From NCBI RefSeq assembly GCF_001194135.2, contig NC_068981.1, forward strand, positions 168,359,809 to 168,423,710: DNA of 63,902 nt, written 5' to 3'. How positions within the stretch are numbered: position 1 is the stretch's first letter; every line of letters starts with the position of its first letter. Positions 50,861 to 63,340 of the stretch are shown one piece after another. Source of the stretch: Octopus bimaculoides (Eukaryota). The notes beneath the pieces were generated by a model. It was not told the DNA's origin and ran no database searches. It worked only from the letters and a program-made list of their open reading frames with translations. The position numbers were made by a program, and so were the translations under genes.

Positions 50861-52488
50861 GATAATATACATATATATGCATATAAACATACACACACAC
50901 ACATATATATAGATTAATAGGGATCCATTTCAGAAACCAAAGCAGACCAAAGTGAAGCACACCACATTTAATGGCGAGATGTTCAGCAATGAAAGGAAGT
51001 TCATTGGTATTTTGTTTTCTGCAAATCCAAGAGTCTCCAAAATTGAATGGAATTTTAAGCATGTATGTGTGTCTGGATATATATGTGTATATACACACAC
51101 ATACACACCTTACAACCATTAGTTTTATGTTTTACCAGCTATTACACAACCAATAAAATATGTGAGACAATTTTGTATTTATATACTGGATAAACAAGAA
51201 AAAGATGTTGAATTGTATAAAGCTATCAGTTTACTTGTCATTTTGAAAATAATATGAATTTTTTTGTTCATGTTAACTAAGAAAATTTGATTCTCTTTCT
51301 TATATAATGCAGGTAACTGTGTTATGTGACTTTTTTTTAATTATCTAACAATCCTCGGGTGTTATACAATTTGAAAATGTTTTAGCAACTATTTTGATTT
51401 TCAACAACAAAAAGATATCAGTTCTGAACATTTGTTCAGGTGTAACCTTTGTGTAACAAACAATATATAAATTATCTGAGAGGATAATGTCACAGTCATT
51501 GTTAGTGTGTTTATAAGGATTGGTATGTTGCAATATAACCCATGCAATTTTATATTTCTAAAAAAAATTTAAAAAATTAAAATCAATATTTTAAAAATTT
51601 TGATAAACTTACGCACAAAAACCTTCCTACAAATACTGACTAAACTGTCCTTTAAATTTATTTTCAGTTAATACAATGTTATCAGTAAAAACTGAATCAG
51701 CAATTGTACACACTTCTTGTACAACAAACTATTGATTTCAAAATGCATGAATTAATTAACGGAGAATTCACAAAGTTAAGATAAAGACACGAGCTGGAAG
51801 TATTACATATAGAAGGTTGTTTAACATTTTCATTATTTATGTTCACTATTTCTATTGCAGAATTGTGTACAGCTGAAGCTAAATTTAACGTTGTTTCTAT
51901 TAGAAATTTTAAAATATTTACGATTCTTCAAAAGTGGTTAAGTAAGTATTTATACTAAGATTGCCCAAAATAAATGATTTTAAAATTTTCTTATACAACT
52001 TATTCTATCTTTATTTCATTTTAATGGTTCATTATAAGGGTCTACATTGTAGAAAGAAATTTTCAAGGTGAAATACCAGCTAATATTTTTTACAAAACTG
52101 CTTATCGTAGGTCAGACAGAATAACCAAGGCAGATTTTCTATAGCTAAATGCCCTTTCTGTTGCTAACCCACATCTTTTCTTTAAAACAAGGTAATATTT
52201 CTCTAAGGCCAGACATGTTCTCGCAGAATATGGGAAATAAATGACACTGTTTGACAATTGATATCAAGAGAAGAAAACGCCTACACATACAGATAGATAG
52301 ATAAACACAGGGTGGGCTCTTTAAGTTTCTATTTACAAAATCCACTTACAAATCTTTGGTTGGCTTGGGGGCTATAGAAGATACTTGCCCAAGGTGCTGT
52401 GCATTGGGACTGAACCCAGAATCATGTGATTGGAAAGCAAACTTCTTACCATAAAGCCATGTCTGCCCATATATACATACATACTTAC

Positions 52489-52524
<36 letters not shown>

Positions 52525-52554
52525 AATGAACATATGCACACATCAATAGAAGTA

Positions 52555-52900
52555 CTAGACCCAGGACTTCACAGTATCCATCGGGGCTACTCAATGTAAT
52601 ACAGACAACCTTAGAATCAAGGAGGCCATCCTCATGAACAAGCTGAACCCAGCTCTAAACAACAGAAAAAAGCTACATGAAGCAGATTGATTATTATAAC
52701 AAAACCAGTCAACGCATGTCACCATCCTCTCCCACATGTCAGAGCAATGACTTATTCCAAGTGTCCTTAATAAAGGTTATAACTCCGAAAAAGATAAAAC
52801 TTCAACTGGTGTTCTGTTTTCACTTTTGTACTTCACATTGTATTTTATTTTGCATTGTTTTGGCTTTATCAAAAAAGTTTTATCAAATGTAATATCACAC
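52555..52900 (+). mobile_element. Penelope-like element 3' remnant (GIY-YIG C-terminus)
   Basis: Manual translation TQDFTVSIGATQCNTDNLRIKEAILMNKLNPALNNRK matches the typical LxxKEAxxIxxxxPxLN end. Confidence 0.7.
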
Positions 52901-53051
52901 ACTGCTTCTTCCAAATGTAATATCACACAATGCTTCTATGTTAATACATACACACACACACACACAATTGTGTGTTGCAATTTTTTTCATTTGGCTTCCT
53001 AATATATCTTTCTTTTTAGACTGAAGGTTACATCTGAAAATTTAACTGTGT

Positions 53052-53270
53052 TTAATTCTTTAGCATTTAAACCAGCCATATACAACCCAAATATTCTACT
53101 TGTCTTTTGTTCAAGACAGCCAGATCTGGCCTCTTACACCTAACCTACAATGTCATTCTGAACATAATCACATCACTGAAATCTCAAAGCTATAAGAAAA
53201 TGCATAATTAATTCAAAATGATGTGAATAAATAAGCATTAGATTTGACAACAATCTGAATGCTAAAGGGG
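53052..53270 (+). mobile_element. piggyBac-like MITE (family E)
   Basis: Termini and internal match. Confidence 0.8.
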
Positions 53271-53369
53271 GCAGAATTTTCTACGACTGGATGCCTTTCC
53301 TGTTGCTAACAACCACCTGTTTCCAAGTGAGGTGATAACCTGCCAGTTTTGTGAGCAACAAACAGCCCA

Positions 53370-53741
53370 TACATGCTTTGGACAATGCTCCAGCAAACAA
53401 GTCCTTGGTTTCAATGGCTGCTGTGTATGACTGTGGCTTTGAACTGGTTGATCACCCTTCCTAGTTTCCTGATTTGGCCTGATGATCTGACAATCATCTG
53501 TTCCCCAGCATGAAAAACAAAATTGGCTTGGAACCAGTATCACAGTGATGACATCATGTCTGCTGTTGATGACTTCTTGGATCAAGAGGAAAGCTTCTTT
53601 ACCAATGGGACCTAAGCACTGCAATACTGAAGGAGGTAATGTATGGACTACAAGGGGGACTATATTGGAAAATAAACCTCATTTGGTTGCATTCTAAGAG
53701 TGTCTTGGTTACCCTATGAATTTTTCAGCTGACCATCGTGT
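53370..53741 (+). mobile_element. Mariner (DD34D) transposase C-terminus and 3' TIR
   Basis: DNAPANKSLVSMAAVYDCGFELVDHPS*FPDLA**SDNHLFPSMKNKL...KGDYI; TIR ends ...ACCATCGTG|TA. Confidence 0.85.
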
Positions 53742-53959
53742 ATGTGTGTGGTTAAGAAGTTTGCTTCCCAAACATGTGGTCTTGGGATCAGCCCCACTGT
53801 ACAGCAACTTGGACAAGTGTCTTCTAGTATAGCACTGGGCTGACCCAAACTTTGCTAGTGAATTTGACAGATGGAAACTGAAAGAAGCCCATCATATATA
53901 TGTGTGTGTGTGTGTGTGTGAACATGCATATATATGTCAGGTCACTCTTGGTTGCTACT

Positions 53960-54500
53960 AGTAACATGTAACCCAGTGCAACCTGTTGCATGGCCAGGTT
54001 ATTGGCAACTAAACTGGTAATCCCATCAAGCTTGCTTGATGAGGAGGGTGACTGTAGACACCCTGTAGGACAAAAATATGATCTGTCAAAGGGCAGAAGA
54101 GCTCATGAGCAGTCAATGGCTATCCAACAATGTGTACACATGTCTGTATGCATGGTGACACGGAAATACCTGGGTTGGTGTCCAGGTGCGCAGTTGGTCT
54201 GCTGGGAGTGGGAATCCCCTCTGTTGTCATAAAATCTCTCTAGGAGAGGGAAACTCTGAGGGAAAACCTGCAACACTGACAATATTCGATGATGTACACT
54301 AGTTTTTCTTTTCAAGTTTATGTTGTCCATATTCAGAGAGTGGGATTGGATTTGTGCAAATCCTTTCCCCACTATAAAAAAAATCATTATGCACAGGCAT
54401 CGCTTGAAAAAAACAGTAAGACCTATCACAAAAATGGCTGGTCATAGCCTTCATATGTGTGGGACTTTCAATCAGGTGATGGCAATACTTGAACACAAAT
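53960..54500 (+). mobile_element. Probable RTE LINE 5' UTR and start of endonuclease
   Basis: GC-richer leader followed by degenerate endonuclease-like codons; weak match. Confidence 0.45.
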
Positions 54501-54514
54501 TTGCAGCCATCATA

Positions 54515-54712
54515 TCTTTTACTTGTTTCAGTCATTAGACTGCAGCCATGCTGGGGCACAACTCTAAAATTTTAGTTAAATGATCTGAACTTATATATTT
54601 TTTAAAGCCATGTATTTATTCTATTGCACACTTTTGCCAAACTGCTAAGTCATGAGAATGTAAACACACCTATACTGGTTGTCAAGCAATCATGAGGAAC
54701 AGAGACAAGGGG

Positions 54713-54759
<47 letters not shown>

Positions 54760-55010
54760 NNNNNNNNNNNNNNNNNNNNNNNNNNNNNNNNNNNNNNNNN
54801 NNNNNNNNNNNNNNNNNNNNNNNNNNNNNNNNNNNNNNNNNNNNNNNNNNATATAAAATGGGCTTTTTTCAGCTTCCATCTACCAAATCTACTTACAAGG
54901 ATTTGGTTGGCTTGAGGGTATTGTAGAAGACACTTGCCCAAGGTGCCACACTAAGAGACTGAACCCAGAACCATGTGGTTGGGAAGCAAACTTCTTACTA
55001 CACAGCCATA
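54515..55010 (-). mobile_element. SINE family A spanning an N gap
   Basis: Consensus match on both sides of the gap. Confidence 0.8.
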
Positions 55011-55714
55011 AATGGGTGTTTGTGTGTTGTCCTCCATCAATACTTAGCAAGCTGTGTTTGTTTGTGTCCCCATAACTTTGCAGTTCAGCAAAAAAGACCA
55101 ATAACGCAAGAGGCTTAAAAACAAATCCTGGGGATGATTTCTTTGACTAAACTCTTCAAAGTGGTGTCCCAACATGACCGAAATCCAATGACAGAAGCAA
55201 ATCAAAGACAAAGATTACACACATACATAGATAGCTACTTTGCTTGTAATCATGTGGATTCAGGTTCTATCTGTGTCCCCTACTGTAGCTTTTGTGCTGA
55301 CCAATGGCTTAGGAAAGGAATTGGTAGAAGGAAACAATACAGATACCACTGTGAGTCTGTAACAGAACAAGACTCTTGAAGAGGATTGGTCTGCAAGAAT
55401 CCTGTGCTGGTGCCACATAAAAAGCACTCGTGTCAGCTTCACATTAAAAGCATCCAGTACACACTGTAAAGTGGTTGGCATTAGGAAGAGCATCCAGGCA
55501 TGAGAACCAAGCAGATTCAGACTGGAACCTGGTGCAGCTCTCTGGCTAGCCAGCTCTGCTCAAACAGTCCAACCTGTGCCAGCATGGGAACTGGACGTTA
55601 AAGGATGATGATGATGATGATGGCTATATGAGCAAGTATGCATATGTGAATGTTCCACATCTTCACATGCAAGAGCTTGATCAAACAAAAATAAAAGATA
55701 ACAGGACTGTAGTT

Positions 55715-56280
55715 TTTATCTTTTATTCGTTTCAGTTATTCGACTGCTGCCATGCTGGGGCACAACCTTGAAGAATTTTTAGTAGAATCAATTGAACCCA
55801 AAACTTATTTTCTTTTAAAACCTAGTATTTATTCTATTGGTTGCTTTTGCAGACCTGCTAAATTACAGGGATGCAAACACATCAGCACTGGTGGTCAAGC
55901 AGTGGGGGAGGGGGGAACCAGCACAGACACAAAGACACACATATATATCTATATATGATGGGCTTCTTTCAGTTTCTTATTTCTTTATTGCCCACAAGGG
56001 GCTAAACATAGAGGGGACAAACAAAGGGATTAAGTCGACCTCGGTGGAATTTGAACTCAGAATGTACCAGGAGACAAAATACTGCTAAGAATTTCGCCCG
56101 GCGTGCTAACGTTTCTGCCAGCTCGCTGCCTTTCAGTTTCTATCTCCCAAATCCACTCACAAGGCTTTGGTTGACCCAAGGCTATAGTAGAAGACGCTTG
56201 CCCAAAGTGCCACACAGTGAGACTGAACCGAGGACCAAGTGGTTGGGAAGCAAACTTCTTAACACAGCTGTGTCTGTGCC
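55715..56280 (-). mobile_element. SINE family A interrupted by an internally deleted family B SINE (55978-56130)
   Basis: TTTCAGTTTCT duplicated at 55967-77 and 56131-41. Confidence 0.85.
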
Positions 56281-56642
56281 TGTTGTCATTTTCTGTCAAC
56301 AAATTATCCTCTAGCTCTCTACTCTCAAAGACAAGTGGAATAAAAACATCTCTTACTTGAGGAGGAAAAAAACAAAAGCACATGTAGAGCATCTCGCTAT
56401 ACAATAACGACCCAATAATAATTATTCGTCCAACCTATGTTATTAATGTCCCTGTCAATTCTACATCTGTTGCACTCAGCTCCATCAGTATATTGTTTCA
56501 CCTGTTCTTCCATCTCTCTTTCTTCTAACCATCATACATCCCAACCACAGTCTCACTGTGTGGCACCTTGGGCAAGTGTCTTCTACTAACCTGTGGATTT
56601 GGTAGAGAGAAACTGAAAGAAGCCCATCACGTGTGTGTATAC

Positions 56643-56904
56643 CCTAACAGTTGAGGGAACCCGTGGAAGAGGTAGGCCCAGGAAGACCTGGGCTGAGGTG
56701 GTGAGGCAAGACCTTCGTACATTGGGCCTCACCGAGGCGATGACTACTGACCGAGACCTTTGGAAATGTGCTGTGCGTGAGAAGACCCGGCAAGCCAAGT
56801 AAGATCGTTGCCAGTGCCCCTGGACTGGCTTGTGCGGGTGGCACATAAAAGACACCATTTCGAGCGTGGCCGTTTTCGTGCGGGTGACACGTAAAAGCAC
56901 CCAC
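56643..56904 (+). mobile_element. Young 5'-truncated RTE LINE: intact RT C-terminus fused to a family C tail
   Basis: LTVEGTRGRGRPRKTWAEVVRQDLRTLGLTEAMTTDRDLWKCAVREKTRQAK*, then GGTGGCAC modules up to the gap. Confidence 0.9.
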
Positions 56905-58346
56905 NNNNNNNNNNNNNNNNNNNNNNNNNNNNNNNNNNNNNNNNNNNNNNNNNNNNNNNNNNNNNNNNNNNNNNNNNNNNNNNNNNNNNNNNNNNNNNNN
57001 NNNNNNNNNNNNNNNNNNNNNNNNNNNNNNNNNNNNNNNNNNNNNNNNNNNNNNNNNNNNNNNNNNNNNNNNNNNNNNNNNNNNNNNNNNNNNNNNNNNN
57101 NNNNNNNNNNNNNNNNNNNNNNNNNNNNNNNNNNNNNNNNNNNNNNNNNNNNNNNNNNNNNNNNNNNNNNNNNNNNNNNNNNNNNNNNNNNNNNNNNNNN
57201 NNNNNNNNNNNNNNNNNNNNNNNNNNNNNNNNNNNNNNNNNNNNNNNNNNNNNNNNNNNNNNNNNNNNNNNNNNNNNNNNNNNNNNNNNNNNNNNNNNNN
57301 NNNNNNNNNTATATACACGCGCACACACATATGTGAAAGCAAGTGGCCAAGTGGTTAGGCTGTTGCACTCACAATCACTAGATTGTGGGTTCAATTCTCA
57401 AACCAGGCAGTGAGCTGTGTTCCTGAGCAAAACACTTCATTTCGCATTGCTCCAGTTCCCCTTTTGATCAGGAATGTCAGCTAAAATGATGCAAAGCACT
57501 GTGGTCAGTGATGTGCAACAACATCTGACAGTCTGGTCAGTCACATGACACACATCTACATATGTATATTTATGTATGGGTGAGTGTTTGTGTTTCCTTG
57601 GCTCAACATCATGTGATAGTTGTAAATAATTGTCACTATCATACAAGTAGTGTCGTTGATTTTCAATATTTTGTGAGAGCATGTCTGGCCATACTTGGAA
57701 AGAGGCAAGGGTTGGTGACAGTAAAGTCATCCATCAATAGAAAATTTGCCTCAGGAAGAGCATCCAGCCGAAGAAAATCTGCATCATAATAAATTCTGTC
57801 CAACTCATTCAAATAAGGAAAAGTGGATTTAAATGAAGATCATGATATTCTCATTTCTCTTCTCTGCTAATGCTGTGCTGCGATTCATCACTCCCTTTCC
57901 CAATAAACCCCTTCCTATTGACATCCATCGCTCATTCTTACCACTGACACTTCCATTACTATCTATCACTTCCTCCCTCCACATTTTCGTAACATTCATC
58001 CACTCTCCCTGATTCTCCTGTCACCACTCTCTTGTCTATTCACCTTCTTGGACACCTTACCTTCAAGGGTACAAACGCATACAAGCGTAGTGAGGACTAT
58101 CTAACCTTACACAATACAAAGCAACCTCACTCGTGATGGTGTTACAATAAAATGTATCCAGTACAACCAACAAAGAGGGCAGCGAACGAGCAGAAATGAA
58201 ATGACTCTTTAGTCTTGTCAAAGACATGACAACCTCTTTAGCAATGGTGCTATGATGAAATACACCAAGTATGCTGAAATATCTCCCGTATCATCATCAT
58301 CATCGCCTTTATTTTATGTCTGCTTTCCATGCCAGCATGGGTTAGG

Positions 58347-58566
58347 TGACTGCTACTATTCAACTTAGTTCTTATTAACTCCAAATAAAATGAGTTGCAG
58401 GATCACATTATAAGTGATAGGACGAGTATCCTTCTATCATTAACCAAAAACTGAAATGGAGCCAAACCCCAAAAAATGAAAAGTATGGGCAAACATAGTC
58501 CTTCGACTCATTTTATTTGGAGTTAAGAAGAACTGGAATAAAAACTGAATTGAATAGTAGCAGTCA
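58347..58566. mobile_element. Unclassified MITE/fold-back element with about 50-bp imperfect TIRs
   Basis: tgactgctactattcaa...taactccaaataaaatgagt is mirrored at 58506-58566. Confidence 0.7.
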
Positions 58567-59059
58567 TTTAACCAATGCTAGCATGGGAAATGGACATTGG
58601 TGATGATGATGATACTGGAGATATTTCTTCATTGCTATTCCTTATGATGAGTGCCACTCCAGTAAGAAACTAGAAGTTAATTTCAACAATAATTTAAAAC
58701 ACATATATAAACGTAAACACTTTCCAAAGGTTTCAGTAGTTTCCATCTGAATTTCATTCATAAAGCTTCAATCAGTTGAAGGCTCATACCAGAACCAAGA
58801 AATTGTAAAATCATCTTTCTTAACCATGCGTATCACCATCATCATTGTTTCTAATGTCTACTTTTCTATGGTTACATGGATCAGATGGAGTTTATTGAAG
58901 CAGATTTCTATGTCTGGATGCTCTTCCTGTAGACAACCCTTACCTGATTCCAGCAAAGTAACATTTCCCCATGACAGACATGTTTTGACAGAATATTACA
59001 AATGAAAGCCATTCATTTACAACAATCATGTCATGCCAAGACAAGGAGACACAAACATA

Positions 59060-59430
59060 CATATATGAGAGGTTTCTGTAAGCCTCTGTCCATCAAACTC
59101 ACAGGGTTTTCATCAGTCTGTGGCCACAACAGAAAACACCTGCCTAAGGTGCCAAGCAGTAGGACTGAACTCAACACCATATTGTTGTCAAATGAACTTC
59201 TTAACCACACAGCCATGCCTGTGTTTACAAGGTGCAGGTGTGGCTGTATGGCCAAGAAGCCTACTTCCCCATCACATGACTTCAGTGATATGTACTTGTG
59301 TATTAAGTGCAGGCATGGGTGTGCAATTAAGAAGTTTGCTTCCCAACTACATGGCACCTTGGGCAGGTATCTTCTATAACCATAGGCCAGCCAAAGCTTT
59401 AAGTGTAAATTTGACAGAATGTGTGTGTGT
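59060..59430. mobile_element. Head-to-head pair of diverged family A SINE 5' ends
   Basis: Minus copy 59060-59220, plus copy 59230-59430. Confidence 0.7.
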
Positions 59431-60364
59431 GATGTGAATGCTTTTGTGTCTCCTCGTCTTGACACTGTAATATTTATAAATGAACGCCTGAGTCAAATAA
59501 ACAGTCATTCATTTCCAACTTCCCATAGAAGTATATTCAACGATAGGGAAAATGTTATCTTGCTTGGAAATGGGTGAGGGTTGGCAATCATGACATAGGA
59601 AATCTACCTCAATGAATGCCATCTGACCATGCAAGTATGGAAAACAGGACGTTGAAAAGATGATGATGATATGTATGTGAAAGACACAAGAGTAAGACGT
59701 GATCATTTGATATCAAAATAATGATGATGATGATAACGAGAGAGTTCATAACGTGTATGAACTGAGTTTTTGTACAGTAAAGTCAAAATTGTTGCAAAAC
59801 CCAAAAAGAATGTGATAGATGTGATTCACCCTATGTATATTTTATATCTGAGCAATATAGATTAACAAAGTGAAAGTTTTGAAAATCAGATATTAAAAGT
59901 GAAAACGTTTAAAAATATGAATGTTGTTGTTTAGTGCCAGGTAAAGTCTTGACTGAGCACACACATGATCAAACTCATTCCAATGAAAACCAACCGGCCT
60001 GTTTTTTGTCTTTTTTCTCTTTCTTTTTGAGACATGTGACCATACTCTCTCAGGGATTTGCAGCGGTGACTAACAGACTGAATGAGAATTAAGGATTAAC
60101 AGGCATCAATCGAAATTGGATAAGCTAGAGGGTGGCCATTTTGAAACTTGGTCCATTTAATGGACATGAAATATTTTTTCAGTCGATGTAAATCAGAATG
60201 AGCAACAGGTGAATGTCAACTAAAAGACAAAAACGGATTTTGTCAGATTAAACCATTATATATATATATATATAGTATTGAAAATAAAAAGAACACTGAT
60301 CTTTGAAATTGGACGTTTGCTATTAGCAGATTCCAGCTGATAATTGAGCCTTCATCCAACTTAC

Positions 60365-60397
60365 CCTGCGATATGATAATTTCTAGCTGAAACCTCA
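60365..60397 (-). CDS. MCRIP2: MCRIP/FAM195 exon 3 (33 nt; SEVSARNYHIAG)
   Basis: tttgtttttag| acceptor and |gtaagt donor; phase 2-2 fits both neighbours. Confidence 0.8.
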
Positions 60398-61848
60398 CTA
60401 AAAACAAATTGTTTCTTTTTTTTTTTTAATTTTTTTTTTTAACGTAACGTTAGATTTTAATATAGAATCTCTGGATTATGAGTTTGGCATGTCACATGCA
60501 GTATATTCAGTAATTAATTAACTAGGACGAAAAGAAAGACAAAATTGGACGTAATATTCAAACAAGTCACGATGGGCTAAAATCGAACACGTCCGTCTCG
60601 CTTCCGACTGAATTGACAATTAATCTACATTGGCCAAGGTTTACTACGGCATGCAAACATATTAATAAAAAGCCATTGCTACTAATTTCGTTAAGTGTCA
60701 ACATTAGGTACTCTGATAATTTCATACAATCTGAGAATAAAATATGTATGGGAATATATATTCGATTCTCAATCAGGAATCACTTTCCTAACTGTAGGCT
60801 TTATACAATAAGAAATTTTAAAAATATACGGAACCATTAAGTAAATAAGGAAATATATAATGAAAAGAACGTCTATAGCCAGTGAGTGTAAATTTAAATT
60901 AGATGGAAACCTAACAGGAAAAGTTGAAGTTCACGTAAAGAGGCACATCCGATATATCTCGAGGCAATTTTTCATCACACTACTGTATTTATTACATGGC
61001 ACCTCCAACTATTTAAAGTGGAGCATCGGAAATTTAATTATTTAACTTAGCCTATATTAGAATATTCGGTGGACACAGATCAATAAGCGGTTGACTGCTG
61101 TCGAAGAATTGCTTTCCTCTGACCATCGCATTGGACATGGGAGCAAGAAACCTGACAAGATTAAGACACTTCCTTCTCCACCACCTTGTTTCGTTCCTCA
61201 GATTTAACTTTTGCAGCACATAATCCCAGCACTTAGCTTTTAGTATTTCAAGTGCACGGGTAAAAATATTCCAACTGACGACAGCAAACATTCTCACTAG
61301 ATCTAGTTTTCTTGACCTTTTTTTTAAATTAAAATTCTTTTTTATTGCTATAATTATAGAAAAATAATATCTATGATGCTAATAATTAGATAAATATTGC
61401 CCCGACTATCCAAGATCATGGGTAAAGAAATTTTGTTAAAATCGCAACCTATTTTATTATTACCATCATTATTATTATTATTATAGAGTATTGGAAAATA
61501 ATTTTATTACGAAATCCAGTTTTTAATTATTCAATCGACAAAGTAGCCAATATTTATAATGAATGTGACGATAAAATTAAAAAGAAAAAAATATTGGAAT
61601 TTTATTACAAATAAAACAGACACAGGGAAATGAATACACTCACGCATAAATCTATGTATATTTATGGTTTATAATTTTCCAAATGAATACATATTTTACT
61701 ATAANNNNNNNNNNNNNNNNNNNNNNNNNNNNNNNNNNNNNNNNNNNNNNNNNNNNNNNNNNNNNNNNNNNNNNNNNNNNNNNNNNNNNNNNNNNNNNNN
61801 NNNNNNNNNNNNNNNNNNNNNNNNNNNNNNNNNNNNNNNNNNNNNNNN

Positions 61849-61923
<75 letters not shown>

Positions 61924-62222
61924 AAGGAACGGTTTTAGAAAGAAGCACAGATATCAAGTATCTGTAGACATAGCGTAATCACTGCAACTGGGGAAAAACT
62001 AAAGAATTTCCACAGCTATCACGTAATTAAACTCATAATAACTACCTAACTAGCTTTACCAACTCATTACCCCATCACATAGCACATTCTTAAAATCTAC
62101 AGTGAAGATCAGTAAATTTGAAGACTAAACAGTTAAAGCTGCCAAAAAGATCAAAGAATAAGCTGAGAGAAAGAACCGATCCTAAACAGAAATGTTGGTT
62201 GGTTTCTGTTGCTATCACTTAC

Positions 62223-62316
62223 CTCATTGCCGCGGTATGGTGCCCGACGGTGGGCCTTTTACTGGTAGAATTGCCGTCTCCACGTCCTTCAATGGGATCT
62301 AAGGAATTAGGAGGAC
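62223..62316 (-). CDS. MCRIP2: MCRIP/FAM195 exon 2 (94 nt; GPPNSLDPIEGRGDGNSTSKRPTVGHHTAAM)
   Basis: Long polypyrimidine acceptor ...ttaatag|; donor |gtaagt; only the phase 1-to-2 frame is open. Confidence 0.85.
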
Positions 62317-63196
62317 CTATTAATAAAGAATAAAAGATAACAGGGAATCTTAAATGAGAAGACTAACTTTCACGTTGGAGGCGAACTAACGTGAAGATCT
62401 GGAACAAATATAGGGGCAGCAGTATATTTATCTGAACAATGGTTGATTCACATCTCGATATGTGAACGTGTTACAATACATACGCTGCGAAATGGAAACT
62501 AACAGCTATATAACACGAGAGACCTATCTTGTAATATTTAAAAAACTGTTCGTTGTACACAGATCTCAGAATTTTTATTTATATATTTTTTTGATAAGAT
62601 AGGTTAATCACAAAGTTAGATTAGAAATAGCAACAATTTTTTCATTAAATAAAAGGCCGGTTGAAAACTAATCTCCATTTAATAGACACCTGGAACATGA
62701 ATTTAAAATATTACATCACAATAAAACTCCCTATTTAGATTAATGATAGCTTTAATTCATAAATTGATATCGATCTCTATGAAGTTAAGTCGATCACTTG
62801 ATTATGATAACTTTAATTTGTAAAAGAAAATAATAAAGGGTATTATAAAGAGATGAAGGCAACTACCATGTGTAAGAGAAAGAGAAAAAGGAGAGACTGA
62901 AACGATAGAGAGAGAGATGTATAGAGAAATAGATAAAATATGAGGACGAAAATTAAAAGACAGCTAGATCGAGATTGGAATGGAGGGGACAGAAAGAGAG
63001 AGAAATAAGAGTGGAAGAGATGCAACAGAAAGGGGAGCAAAAGAGAGGAGAATGAAACTAAAAACGGAAGAGACAGTTGGAGGTAAATGCAAATCATGAT
63101 ACGATTGCGATGTCTGAGAACGGAGAACACGAAATGTATTTCTACAGACATGTTTCTATGTTATTTTTCTGTTAGCTAAAGAATAAAAGCTATTAC

Positions 63197-63251
63197 CTCT
63201 ACGAAGACCTAGGATTTTCCGATTTCTTGATGCATTCGCAGGTGCATACAT
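63197..63251 (-). CDS. MCRIP2: MCRIP/FAM195-family protein, coding exon 1 (MYAPANASRNRKILGLRR)
   Basis: ATG in GTGGCGATGT context; donor AG|GTAATA; phase 1 joins exon 2 in frame. Resembles the recalled MCRIP2 N-terminus MYTITKGPSKLVAQRRTGP. Confidence 0.8.
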
Positions 63252-63254
63252 CGC

Positions 63255-63340
63255 CACAACACCTAAGACTGAGTGGCGCCTGCGCACTAGTGACTGAATA
63301 ACTGCTACTAGTCAACGGGATAGAAGTTGTTTGCTTAAAG
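63255..63340 (-). promoter_or_regulatory. Probable MCRIP 5' UTR/core promoter
   Basis: Unique, CpG-containing sequence directly upstream of the ATG; GGCGCCTGCGCA NRF1-like half-site. Confidence 0.45.

Noticed and set aside
50921-51061. Plus frame DPFQKPKQTK... with GTATGT donor
   Set aside because: Poor acceptor next to a microsatellite; the resemblance to a ciliary-protein N-terminus ends after 6 residues.
62843-63151. 102-aa hydrophobic ORF (minus)
   Set aside because: Translation of a CT-rich low-complexity tract in MCRIP intron 1.
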